A stretch of 64,000 nt of DNA from Bacteroidales bacterium (GCA_031265445.1 JAISCQ010000196.1:1663-65662), one strand, 5' to 3'; shown: positions 8,406-16,936, counted from the first letter of the stretch. Made by a program: numbers and translations. The notes: generated from the sequence alone by a model not told the origin.

Positions 8406-11400
8406 TTACCGCAGTTTGATGATTTTCGTGACTTCCGTTTTCCCGTCCATATTCACGACACCGATATACAATCCGCTTGGGAAATCGCCGGTATTGATCC
8501 GGTTTTCACCCGGCAGGCAGGATACCGATATGACTTTCCGTCCGTCGATGGCGTAGAGGGAGAAGGATATCCGGCGATAGCCTTCCGGCGCGTCTATGAT
8601 AACGTAATCATTTGCCGGATTCGGATAGATTCGCGCCGAGTTGGTCGCCGTCTGCGACGGATGGATTTGCGACGGATCTTCTGTTCCCGTCGGGAGGCCG
8701 CCCGTTTGACTTACCGCTTTGTTGTAGCTGCTGTAGAAATTACTTGCGGCAATCGACGGGCGGTTGAAGAGGTAAACCGAATCGGCGCCGTCGGGATAAC
8801 GCCCTACGGACACATCGCCGCCGTGGCCTGCATAATAAAGCGAATCGCTCCATTGCAGATTGCTTGCCGTCAGTAAAACCACTCCGCCTTCGGAGGCCAG
8901 CTTGAAGGTCGCGTGCAGCTGGCTTTCCGCAGCCAAATCGTCGCACCAGACAATTTTATAGCCATACGCAGGAATTTGCGTCAGGTCGGGACGCCCTGCA
9001 GGAAATTGATATTTGGTCGGTCTGGCTTTGCTGTCGCTGAGATACATCCCGGCAATATCAACCGTCGAACGGGTCGTATTGTAGAGTTCTATCCAATCGT
9101 CCCGCTTGAAATACTCGTTCACATAAATGGAGTTGTCCGCGCTGACTTCATTGATCCGCACCGGAACAGATTTTCCCGGGTCTTCGATGAAAACGGCGCG
9201 TAAATTGAAACTTCCCGACGACGGGAGCTGTATTTCCGGAGCATTGGAATACGCCTGCGCGTCGCTAACATCCATACAGGAAAGCTGGGCGTCCAGATAA
9301 ATGTCGGACGACTCCGGCCTGTCCTGATGCACTTCAATGGCGATGACGTTATTGCCTTGCCGGAACAGCGAAGAAGGAAGCGAGATGCTTGTTTGATCGG
9401 GATTGCTGTATGCGTACTGCGTCGCGTAAGTCTGGTAGGTTACGGTTCCGCCGGGCATCTGGTAGCGGGCTGCTTCCGTGCCGTTGATATAAATGACCGC
9501 TCCATCGTCGATGGCAAGGTCCAACCTGAAATCGTCTCCGCTTGCAGGGGCTTTATCCAGCTGAAAGCTCCGGCGGAAATAAGCGGCGGGGTTCTTGCTG
9601 TTGGGGTTGCTCCCATAACTCACGGTGGTATTAAAGTCGTGGTTGCCGTATCCTAACGGGGCCTGTCCGCTTTTCCACGATGCGTGATCATTCGAGGCAT
9701 GCCATCCGGTACCGTCGAGCGAGCCCTCGTCGTAATAAGACCAGGACGACGCTGCATACGGCAATATAACCGTCCGGCCGGAAGTGAGCGTTTCCCATTT
9801 TGAAAATTTATACCCGGAAGGCGCCGTCGCCTTCACGGTTACAGGAGAGAAGACCCTTCCTTCAAACTTTCCCAAAGGAACGGGCTGTCCGTTGACCCGA
9901 ATCGTTGCGGCGGGATGGTTTGACGACAGGGAAAGGTTTTGAGGGGCGCCTAAACCCATAAAGCTGCGCAGGTGGCTGATCGCGTACGCAGGGCGTTGCT
10001 GCGCAAAAGTCCTCATCCTGTTTATGTTCGCGTCAAACGCATAGTTTCCCCATCGCTGTGAGTGGTATGTGGTTACTTCGGTACGCACTTTGCCGGCGAT
10101 GCTGTCCAGTATATGCTCGACGCGGGCAGGGGCGAAAATAGAGCCAGCCAGCAGGCAAAACCGCTCGCTGAACTGCTTTTTGAAATCGGGATATTTGAAC
10201 AGGTTTTGAATGAGGATCCCCATTTCAGAGTCTCCCCCGCCCCACTCGTTGAAAGTGTCGGTAAAACTGTTTTCGCCGGCGGAACCGAACAGGCCGAATG
10301 TCAAATCCAAATCATAGATCACAAAACGGAACTTCCCATCTTTGGTTTTGCGAAAGCCCTTGATGTTATTTTGCGGCCAGTCCCAATTATTAATGTAGAA
10401 TTGAGCGGCCAGATAATCGATACACGCATCGATATCGAGAAGCGCTTTCAGCTTTTCGTAATTGGCGGCGGCAGGCGCTCCGTCGGCCAGGGACTGAAGC
10501 TGCCTGAACGCGGCGTCCGTCCCGTTGAGCTGGGAATAGCCTATCCCGTTGGGCGCTATTTCAAACAGGTCGATTTCGGTATCGTCATATCCGTAGTTTT
10601 CATCGGCATACTGCTTGTTATTGCGTTCGCGCATATTGATGACGCCATAGTATTCGCCGTTGATATAATGAATAACGGGCTGGTATGCCTGACATTCCAC
10701 GTCCATCGTCGTACGGATCATGATCGACTGTATAAAAGCGTCTCCCATCATCGTCTGGTAGGAAGAGCCGTCGGTTCCGGAGTTTCTCAGAAGAACATGC
10801 TTCAGCCGGATATTCGGTTTCGATGGAAAGAAAGGGTAATTGAAGCGGTTTTTACCTTCATATTTCTTTTCGGCGCTGAGGTCGATCGATTTTTCGATAT
10901 GGTTGCGCGACGCGCCGCCGTTGATGGAGATATCACATTCCTGCTCAAACAGCTTTTCGCCGTCCGGAGAGAAGTATTCGATATTTGCCGGGCGCGCCCA
11001 GTCGCGATTCCAGTTTTTGGGGTATGGCATGTTGACGCCGGGTTTCCCGTTTGTTCCCTCGACATATATGCCGATTGTGTTGTCGTTAAGATATTTCGGG
11101 TTGGTCGTAATCGAAACGACCGGCAAGTTATATTCCCTGTTTTCGATGAAATAGCTGTGCGTGACGGTCGGACCTGGAATACGTCCCGCGGCGAACAGTC
11201 GCGTCCTCAATACGGTGGTTTGCGTGATGGAAAATGTTCCGGTCGAACTTGCGGGACTGTCTTCCGCCGGCTCGCTGCCGTCCGTCGTATAACGCAGGGT
11301 CATTCCCGCAGGGATGTTCGCCCTCACGGTTTTGCTCCCGGAATATATTCCGCCCGGAGCGTCAAACACCGGTTCCGGACACCGGACATCGGTAAATACC

Positions 11401-11903
11401 GAGCCGCTGTTCGTTTTGCCCGGTGACGGCGTAGCGCAGTGTTGCCATGCGCCGCCTCCGTCGACGGTGCGGGCATAGGACGCTCCTTTGATCTGTCCGG
11501 GAAAGGATACGGTCGAAACAGAGTTGCCGCTGTTGTCCGATAACGAGAGGGAGCCTCCTTCGCAGTCGAGCTTGAAATTGGTTTGAAGGCCGTTCAGGTC
11601 TTCGTCATTGCGTTCGCACCAGACGACGATGTAGCCGTTTGCCGGAACCGTGAATGAGCTGTGGTTGGGCATTCGAAACTTGCGGGGATTGTCAGCGTCG
11701 TCGCTTAGATACCATCCACTGACGGAAACCGCTTGCGCGCCGTTATTGTACAACTCGATCCATCCGCTAAAATTCCACGTAGGGCTTATGTACGAGGTAT
11801 TGGAAGGCATGATCTCGTTGATTGTCACAGCCGCTTTGATCCGGCTTGTACTGCATAAAAAAACGCCTATGCTTAATGCGATGAAAAATTTTCTGAACAA
11901 CAT
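8406..11903 (-). CDS. Secreted multidomain protein: lamin-tail domain (LTD), CotH kinase-like domain, beta-sandwich (CBM-like) domain, second LTD, and a T9SS C-terminal sorting domain
   Basis: Track ORF 8406..12536, trimmed to ATG 11903 (MLFRKFFIALSIGVFLCSTSRIKA, signal peptide). LTD: INEIMPSN...GWIELYNNG...GWYLSDD. CotH: LLRNSGTDGS, IHYINGEYYGVINMRERNNKQY, NNWDWPQNNIKGFR, FVIYDLDLTFG. T9SS CTD: ARIYPNPANDYVIID...GLYIGVVNMDGKTEVTKIIKLR. Confidence 0.85.
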   Translation of the reverse strand: MLFRKFFIALSIGVFLCSTSRIKAAVTINEIMPSNTSYISPTWNFSGWIELYNNGAQAVSVSGWYLSDDADNPRKFRMPNHSSFTVPANGYIVVWCERNDEDLNGLQTNFKLDCEGGSLSLSDNSGNSVSTVSFPGQIKGASYARTVDGGGAWQHCATPSPGKTNSGSVFTDVRCPEPVFDAPGGIYSGSKTVRANIPAGMTLRYTTDGSEPAEDSPASSTGTFSITQTTVLRTRLFAAGRIPGPTVTHSYFIENREYNLPVVSITTNPKYLNDNTIGIYVEGTNGKPGVNMPYPKNWNRDWARPANIEYFSPDGEKLFEQECDISINGGASRNHIEKSIDLSAEKKYEGKNRFNYPFFPSKPNIRLKHVLLRNSGTDGSSYQTMMGDAFIQSIMIRTTMDVECQAYQPVIHYINGEYYGVINMRERNNKQYADENYGYDDTEIDLFEIAPNGIGYSQLNGTDAAFRQLQSLADGAPAAANYEKLKALLDIDACIDYLAAQFYINNWDWPQNNIKGFRKTKDGKFRFVIYDLDLTFGLFGSAGENSFTDTFNEWGGGDSEMGILIQNLFKYPDFKKQFSERFCLLAGSIFAPARVEHILDSIAGKVRTEVTTYHSQRWGNYAFDANINRMRTFAQQRPAYAISHLRSFMGLGAPQNLSLSSNHPAATIRVNGQPVPLGKFEGRVFSPVTVKATAPSGYKFSKWETLTSGRTVILPYAASSWSYYDEGSLDGTGWHASNDHASWKSGQAPLGYGNHDFNTTVSYGSNPNSKNPAAYFRRSFQLDKAPASGDDFRLDLAIDDGAVIYINGTEAARYQMPGGTVTYQTYATQYAYSNPDQTSISLPSSLFRQGNNVIAIEVHQDRPESSDIYLDAQLSCMDVSDAQAYSNAPEIQLPSSGSFNLRAVFIEDPGKSVPVRINEVSADNSIYVNEYFKRDDWIELYNTTRSTVDIAGMYLSDSKARPTKYQFPAGRPDLTQIPAYGYKIVWCDDLAAESQLHATFKLASEGGVVLLTASNLQWSDSLYYAGHGGDVSVGRYPDGADSVYLFNRPSIAASNFYSSYNKAVSQTGGLPTGTEDPSQIHPSQTATNSARIYPNPANDYVIIDAPEGYRRISFSLYAIDGRKVISVSCLPGENRINTGDFPSGLYIGVVNMDGKTEVTKIIKLR

Positions 11904-11969
11904 GATACTGATTACTTGATTATTTTTATTTGGATGTAATGGATTCATTTCGAAAGAGGCCCCGAACAT

Positions 11970-12011
11970 GCTTCCCCGACGGGGGAAAGTCCCGGCGAGA
12001 CCTCGCGCATA
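11970..12011 (-). repeat. Single dispersed copy of the 42-bp double-hairpin unit, in inverted orientation relative to the array at 52031..52220
   Basis: The reverse complement GTATGCGCGAGGTCTCGCCGGGACTTTCCCCCGTCGGGGAAGC matches the array unit GTATGCTCGAGGTCTCGTTGGGACTTTCCCCACGAGGGGAAAG. In the protein shadow this reads YARGLAGTFPRRG versus YARGLVGTFPTRG. Confidence 0.8.
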
Positions 12012-12578
12012 CTGGCCGGTTGGCGGCAGGGTATAGCGGATAACGGTCGACTGATGGAACGGGTTGGGGATGTTTTGTTGCAGGGAAGTGCCGCTGTATG
12101 CCGCGTCCTGCAATCCGGGCGACGGTTCTACGGCGTTTTTGCTTCGCAACGCGCCCGACTCGGATCCTTCCCCCAACAGGCCGGAAAGCCGTTCGGTCAA
12201 TTCATCGATCTGTGCCTGCATCTGATCGTTCTGAGCTTGCATCTGCACCTGCAGCCGGTCGTTTTGCTCGCTAAGTTCCTGCACGGCTTTCACCAAAGGA
12301 ACGACAAACTCCGCATACCGCAATCCGTAGATGCCGGTTTCGTCCACATCCACGCTGAAATCGTAATTGGCGCTTTTGGCCGCCTCTTCCACGTCCTGTG
12401 CTATAAAGCCGGTCTGTCCCACTTTTTCTTTAGTTTCCCTTCCTTTTTTCTCGATGTCGATCAATTCCTGAGGTAACGCCTCCTCGCCGGGCCTTTTCTT
12501 TCGGTCGATTTTCAACAGGCCGTCTATGACGTCCAAATCGAGGTGATAGGTAACCGGTTGCAGGCGGTTAGTTTCGTG
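12012..12578 (-). pseudogene. Remnant of the C-terminal part of a protein with a peptidase-S74-like intramolecular-chaperone domain, a coiled coil and the start of a T9SS-type CTD. It has no N-terminus and is truncated at its 3' end by the repeat
   Basis: The frame opens just after TGA at 12581..12579 and has no plausible start. It encodes LQPVTYHLD...GFIAQDVEEAAKS...YGLRYAEFVVPLVKAVQELSEQNDRLQ (S74-like), then LQQNIPNPFHQSTVIRYTLP (CTD-like), interrupted at 12012. It is fused in frame to the next gene only through repeat sequence. Confidence 0.6.
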
Positions 12579-12611
12579 TCAACGATATCATGTCGGTTTA
12601 ACCCTAATACC

Positions 12612-13048
12612 GGTTTAGACCCTGACAGGTCGCTGCAACAACGACCTGTCAGGCTGCGAAGCTGCTGACAGGGTCATTTGAAGCGGTTGCTGCAATAACG
12701 ACCAGGGTCATTTGAAATTTGAAGACACTAAACTATGATATGTTCATTTTTATTGAATGATATTCGATGTTTGATGTCATACAGCCGCTGTCAGGGTCAA
12801 AGACCGCCGACCGGGCTGCCGCGAAACTCCCCGACAGTGGTCGACAGACCCTGTTCGTAGAGGGCCGACCATGAATTCTCCCGCTACTGCCAAGGGTCAA
12901 GACCGCTACCACTATCAGGGAGGGATGACCGTAAATCTTTCGCTACTGTCGGGGTTAACTGTGTTAACCCTGTCAGCAGCTTCGCAGCCTGACAGGTTCA
13001 GCCTTACACCGACCTGTCAGGGTCGTTAGACCTGACAGGGTCTAAACC
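12612..13048. repeat. Nested inverted-repeat structure. The outer arms are 12612..12631 and 13029..13048 (19/20). The inner arms are 12644..12674 and 12967..12997 (31/31 perfect). They flank 292 bp
   Basis: The arms were checked base by base. ACCTGTCAGGCTGCGAAGCTGCTGACAGGGT is the exact reverse complement of ACCCTGTCAGCAGCTTCGCAGCCTGACAGGT. The centre contains two degenerate units of about 98 bp of the CTGTCAGGGTCAAGACC family (12784..12955). Confidence 0.85.
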
Positions 13049-13152
13049 CTTAAACTGCTGTCAAGACTTTCTTTATTTTAGGATAACGATTAAATCCCGC
13101 CGTGAAAAAATATCACGGCAGGAAATAATAATCGCTAATTTCTCAATATCTT

Positions 13153-14697
13153 TTACTCTTCAATGGCTACTATATTTGCAAATTTTACTAATTCACCCCA
13201 GGACGAATTCTTGTAAGCATCCACTGATCCTGCCGGTACCCTTAATATACAGAATGGTTCGTCGGGATCCGGCACATCGTCTGCTCCGAATCTAAAATGA
13301 CCGCTTCCGTTGAGCGTCGGCGGCGCTGGGTTAAGACAGGTGACAGTCGTCAAGTTGTAGCAATCCGCAAAGGCCGCCTCACCGAGAGATTGAACCGAAC
13401 TGGGAATGGTCACAGAGGTCAACGCGGAGACCCATCCTAAAAACCCATAGCCCAAAGTTTCTACATTGAGAATGGTCATGGAAACTATGCCGCCGCTGCG
13501 GGTTAAAAACCCATCGCCCAGAGATGTTACCGACTCGGGGAGAGTAACGGAAGTCAAGTTTTGGAAACTGGAAAAAACCCAGTCGCTGAGAGCAGTTACC
13601 CCATTCTCTACGATTACGGCTTTTATACCGCTATAGTCCCCTTCCGGCCACTCATCATCAGGGTTATAGCCAAAGAAATACTTCCACTCATTGTCTCCCA
13701 TAGCTCCGTTACCGCTGATCGTGAGGAAGTAGTTACCTTCTTCACCGGAAAGCACCCATGTACACTCTCCGGTAGTACCGGAGAGGACTGCTGGGCCTAG
13801 TACAGTCGTTTTGACCGTGTATTCTTTTGTCGTTGTCTCGTCTCCTGCCGTAACCGTGTAAGTCACGCCCTGCTCCGTAAAGAAATTCTGCGCGGCATCC
13901 GAAGCCGGATTCACCGTTGCTCCCGCCGACAGGGTGATCGTAGGCGTGAGGTTGGTTATCGGCGTCCCATTCGGAAAAAATTTGATAATGTTCGTGCCGT
14001 TAATGGTCCAGGCCTCGCCGTTCACGGTGAACGACAGGATTTCAGCTCCAGTGCCGACACTCGGCTCGACCGTCGCTTTGGCGGTGTACGTTTTTTTCGT
14101 TGTGCCGTCCTGTGCCGTCACTGTGTAGGTCACGCCGTTAGCCGCAGAGAAATCCTGCGCGGCGCCGGAGGCCGGATTCACCGTTGCGTTCGCCGAGAGG
14201 GTGATCGTGGGCGCAAGGGCGGTTACGTTCGTTCCCGCCGGATAGGTATGGGTAATGTTCGTACCGTTGATGGTCCAGTTCGCTTCGCCTACGGCAAACG
14301 CTGTGATGTCGCAGTCTTTGCTGGCGTTGGGAGGCGCTACGGTAGCCTTGGCGGTGTACTGCTTTTTCGTTGAGCCGTCCTCTGCCGTCACCCAGTAGGT
14401 CACGCCTGCCGCCGCAGAGAAATCCTGCGCGGCGCCGGAGGCCGGACTCACCGTTGCTCCCGGCGACACCGTAATGGTCGGCGCGAGGGCGGTTACGTCC
14501 GCTCCGTTCGGATAGGTATGGGTAATGCTCGTACCGTCGATGGTCCAGCTTTCCCCGCTTACGGTGAACGTCACCAGGTCGCATGCATTACTTTTAGGAT
14601 CATCGTCCTTGCATGACGTAAAACAGAACATGATGCCGCCCAGCAGGGCCATCAATGCATTTCTAAAGCTAAAGCCTTTTCGTAATAAATTGGTCAT
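13153..14697 (-). CDS. Surface lipoprotein with three tandem Ig-like repeats of about 85 aa and a C-terminal BspA-type leucine-rich-repeat domain (SusE/F position in the PUL)
   Basis: 514-aa ORF with lipobox MFCFTSC. It has three repeats of the form C D(L/I)T.F.V.GE.WTI(D/N)GT(S/N)ITHTYP.G..VTALAPTIT.S..ATV.PASGAAQDFSAA.GVTY.VTA.DG(S/T)TKK.YTAKATV. LRR_5-like segment: LTSVTLPESVTSLGDGFL...LTSVTIPSSVQSLGEAAFADCYNLTTVTC. Confidence 0.75.
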   Translation of the reverse strand: MTNLLRKGFSFRNALMALLGGIMFCFTSCKDDDPKSNACDLVTFTVSGESWTIDGTSITHTYPNGADVTALAPTITVSPGATVSPASGAAQDFSAAAGVTYWVTAEDGSTKKQYTAKATVAPPNASKDCDITAFAVGEANWTINGTNITHTYPAGTNVTALAPTITLSANATVNPASGAAQDFSAANGVTYTVTAQDGTTKKTYTAKATVEPSVGTGAEILSFTVNGEAWTINGTNIIKFFPNGTPITNLTPTITLSAGATVNPASDAAQNFFTEQGVTYTVTAGDETTTKEYTVKTTVLGPAVLSGTTGECTWVLSGEEGNYFLTISGNGAMGDNEWKYFFGYNPDDEWPEGDYSGIKAVIVENGVTALSDWVFSSFQNLTSVTLPESVTSLGDGFLTRSGGIVSMTILNVETLGYGFLGWVSALTSVTIPSSVQSLGEAAFADCYNLTTVTCLNPAPPTLNGSGHFRFGADDVPDPDEPFCILRVPAGSVDAYKNSSWGELVKFANIVAIEE

Positions 14698-14972
14698 TTT
14701 AATTCAAAATTTAAGGTTAAAATTTAATTGATTGATAATTGGTTTAATTTAATTTTTGATTTTTGATTTGATTTATAATTATTTTGATTTATATATAAAT
14801 AATACTTACTTACTCTTACTCCTTGCTTACTCCTTAGGACTCGTCTAAATATAAACATATCGTATGAATATTGAAACATATTGATTTACATATAGCTAAA
14901 ATTTAATTTGATATGTTTATTCTTAGACGGCTCCTTACTTCGTTTGACCCTGTCAGGTCATTCTATTTCTAC

Positions 14973-15150
14973 CGCCACTGTCAGGGTCAAGACCGCTGAC
15001 AGGCTTCCGCGAAACTCCGCTGACAGAGACTCAGCCTTGCCAACGGAGGAGAAGCATAAATTGAATCTTTCGCCGCTGTCAGGGTCAAGACCACCGACAG
15101 CAAAAACTCCCTGACAGCGGTCAATAGACCCTGCCAGGGAGGAAAAGCAT
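14973..15150. repeat. Two tandem units of about 98 bp of the CTGTCAGGGTCAAGACC repeat family, in the SusD-lipoprotein spacer
   Basis: Unit 1 is 14973..15070 and unit 2 is 15071..15150. Each starts CCGC(CA)CTGTCAGGGTCAAGACC.C.GACAG...AAACTCC.CTGACAG and ends ...GGAGGA.AAGCATAAA.TT. They are homologous to 12784..12955. Confidence 0.8.
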
Positions 15151-15154
15151 AAAA

Positions 15155-16933
15155 TTATTTATATCCGGTTTCTTGTTCCAGGAGGGGGTTGGCCCCCACT
15201 GCTTCCTGAGGTATCGGAAAGCGGTTATAGTGCTCTTTACCAGGACCGTCCGGTTCGTGATCGAACCAGCGTCCCATGGTAAATTCACCCCAGCGTACCA
15301 GGTCGGTACGGCGGCGGTTTTCGCCGATGAACTCGATCAGCCATTCGTCGAGCATCCTGTATTTATCCAGGTTGGCTGCCGTCACCGGGTTCGGATCGTT
15401 CTCGCCTTCGAAATAACGTTTCCGCACATTGTTAATCAGCTGGGCGGCTCCCGCTAAATCCGTATTCTGTTGAAGCTTGCATTCGGCGAGCATATAGTGG
15501 ATTTCCGTCAGGCGAAGAACGGGCATGTCGGGGTTGTACCACAGGGATTTGTCCGTGGAGGTAGGTATGGGCGAAAATTTCATCAGGCGGACGCCGGAGT
15601 TTTCTTCCGCGTATGAAATACCTTCCTTGAATTCGTCTGTTCCGTGACGCGTCATATAGGCAATCTGATCCACCAGTTCGATCGGTTGATAGATAGGTTC
15701 CCTATTCTCAGTTTCCCCGATTTTATACTTATCATCTTTATACTCACGCTCCGGGTCGCAGTTTTCCTGCACGCCGAAAAGGAACATTCCGTGGTACTTG
15801 CCGTCTCCTTCGTACTTATATTGCTGTTTACGCAGATCGGTGTCTTCAAATTTCGCGAAAGGGCTGCCCAGCTTGGACGCTTTCGGGCTTGCGTTCGGTC
15901 TCCCCTCGATATACGACCGTCCGTCTCCGTCGAGCGAAGGCCTCATGCACCACCCGTTAAAAGCTTCCATTTCAAGGTTGCCCAGGGTTTTCTTGGCATT
16001 ATAGTGCAAACCATGGGCGTAATTTCCGCCATCCACCTTGCGCATGACATTGTCGCTGGGTACCGTCCATATAATTTCACCGCAGGTTTCATTGCCCCAC
16101 CCGAAAATTTTCCGGAAATCATCCGCTAACGCATAGGTTCCATACTTGCCGGCTATAAAATCCTCGCAGATTTGAGCGCACTCCGCGTACCTCTTTTCCC
16201 CGATATAGGCTTCTGCGTTGAAATAAAGACGGGCCAGCAGGGCGGCTGCACATCCCTGGTCTACGCTCCCGTTTTGGTAAGCATTCAAATCTGTCTTCAG
16301 GGGCAGTTTGGATATGTTCTCCTGCGTCAATAATGAGTCAATAAAATTGAATACTTCTTTAGCGGAAGCACGCGCTTTTACCGGTTCTTTATTGGAGCGG
16401 TAAATCGGCATGCCGCCGAAAAAATCCAGCCCCCTCAGGTAAAACGAAGCCACCAGGACATCGATCTGCATCATCATGGACGTACGCGTACCCGCCGGAT
16501 CACCGGGAAACATGGTTTCCCAATCCACGTACAGGAGCAAATCTTTTTTGGCGTCCCAAGCCCGGGCGACCCCCGTTCCGACGCCATTCCACCCGCCCTC
16601 TACAGGATAGGTGGTCGGGGTGAAATCATGAAACTGGGAACGCAGCCAGATGCCGCCATCCAGCCAGTCGGTGGCGCGCACGGGAAAACAGATTTCATCG
16701 GTGGGCATTTCCTGAAGGAGCGACCAGCTGCTTCCATTAAAGCGCGGTCCTTCGTTAGCCGACCAGTGGAGGTAAACGCTGGCCAGCCGCTGGTATACCC
16801 GTTCCGGAGAGTCGTAGAACGTGGCGGGCGCTACCTCCGAATAATACTCGGGGTCGATACCGCATCCGCCGAATACCAGCGCGGCAAGAACGGATTGAAG
16901 TATAAAGATCTTGTAAAATTTCATCTCTGTCAT
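15155..16933 (-). CDS. susD: SusD/RagB-family nutrient-binding outer-membrane lipoprotein
   Basis: 592-aa ORF directly downstream of (4 bp after) the SusC-like gene, with lipobox VFGGCG and a size and composition typical of the SusD family. The symbol denotes the family only. Confidence 0.85.
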   Translation of the reverse strand: MTEMKFYKIFILQSVLAALVFGGCGIDPEYYSEVAPATFYDSPERVYQRLASVYLHWSANEGPRFNGSSWSLLQEMPTDEICFPVRATDWLDGGIWLRSQFHDFTPTTYPVEGGWNGVGTGVARAWDAKKDLLLYVDWETMFPGDPAGTRTSMMMQIDVLVASFYLRGLDFFGGMPIYRSNKEPVKARASAKEVFNFIDSLLTQENISKLPLKTDLNAYQNGSVDQGCAAALLARLYFNAEAYIGEKRYAECAQICEDFIAGKYGTYALADDFRKIFGWGNETCGEIIWTVPSDNVMRKVDGGNYAHGLHYNAKKTLGNLEMEAFNGWCMRPSLDGDGRSYIEGRPNASPKASKLGSPFAKFEDTDLRKQQYKYEGDGKYHGMFLFGVQENCDPEREYKDDKYKIGETENREPIYQPIELVDQIAYMTRHGTDEFKEGISYAEENSGVRLMKFSPIPTSTDKSLWYNPDMPVLRLTEIHYMLAECKLQQNTDLAGAAQLINNVRKRYFEGENDPNPVTAANLDKYRMLDEWLIEFIGENRRRTDLVRWGEFTMGRWFDHEPDGPGKEHYNRFPIPQEAVGANPLLEQETGYK

Positions 16934-16936
16934 GAA

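Noticed and set aside
10062-11426. A 454-aa + ORF, along with similar long antisense ORFs at 17573..18436, 21938..22831, 38174..38764, 42392..43330 and 45743..46786
   Set aside because: All lie antisense to strongly supported genes (CotH, SusC, M64-like, rpoB, rpoC, tyrS) and have shadow-ORF composition.
8406-12536. A single 1376-aa protein as listed in the ORF track
   Set aside because: The first 211 codons start at a TTG and consist of a headless S74/CTD gene fragment plus a translated 42-bp repeat. A clean signal peptide begins at ATG 11903.
12012-12578. A prophage or mobile element implied by the S74 (tail-fibre chaperone-like) fragment
   Set aside because: Only a headless fragment is present. 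No integrase, capsid, terminase or other phage genes are in the window.
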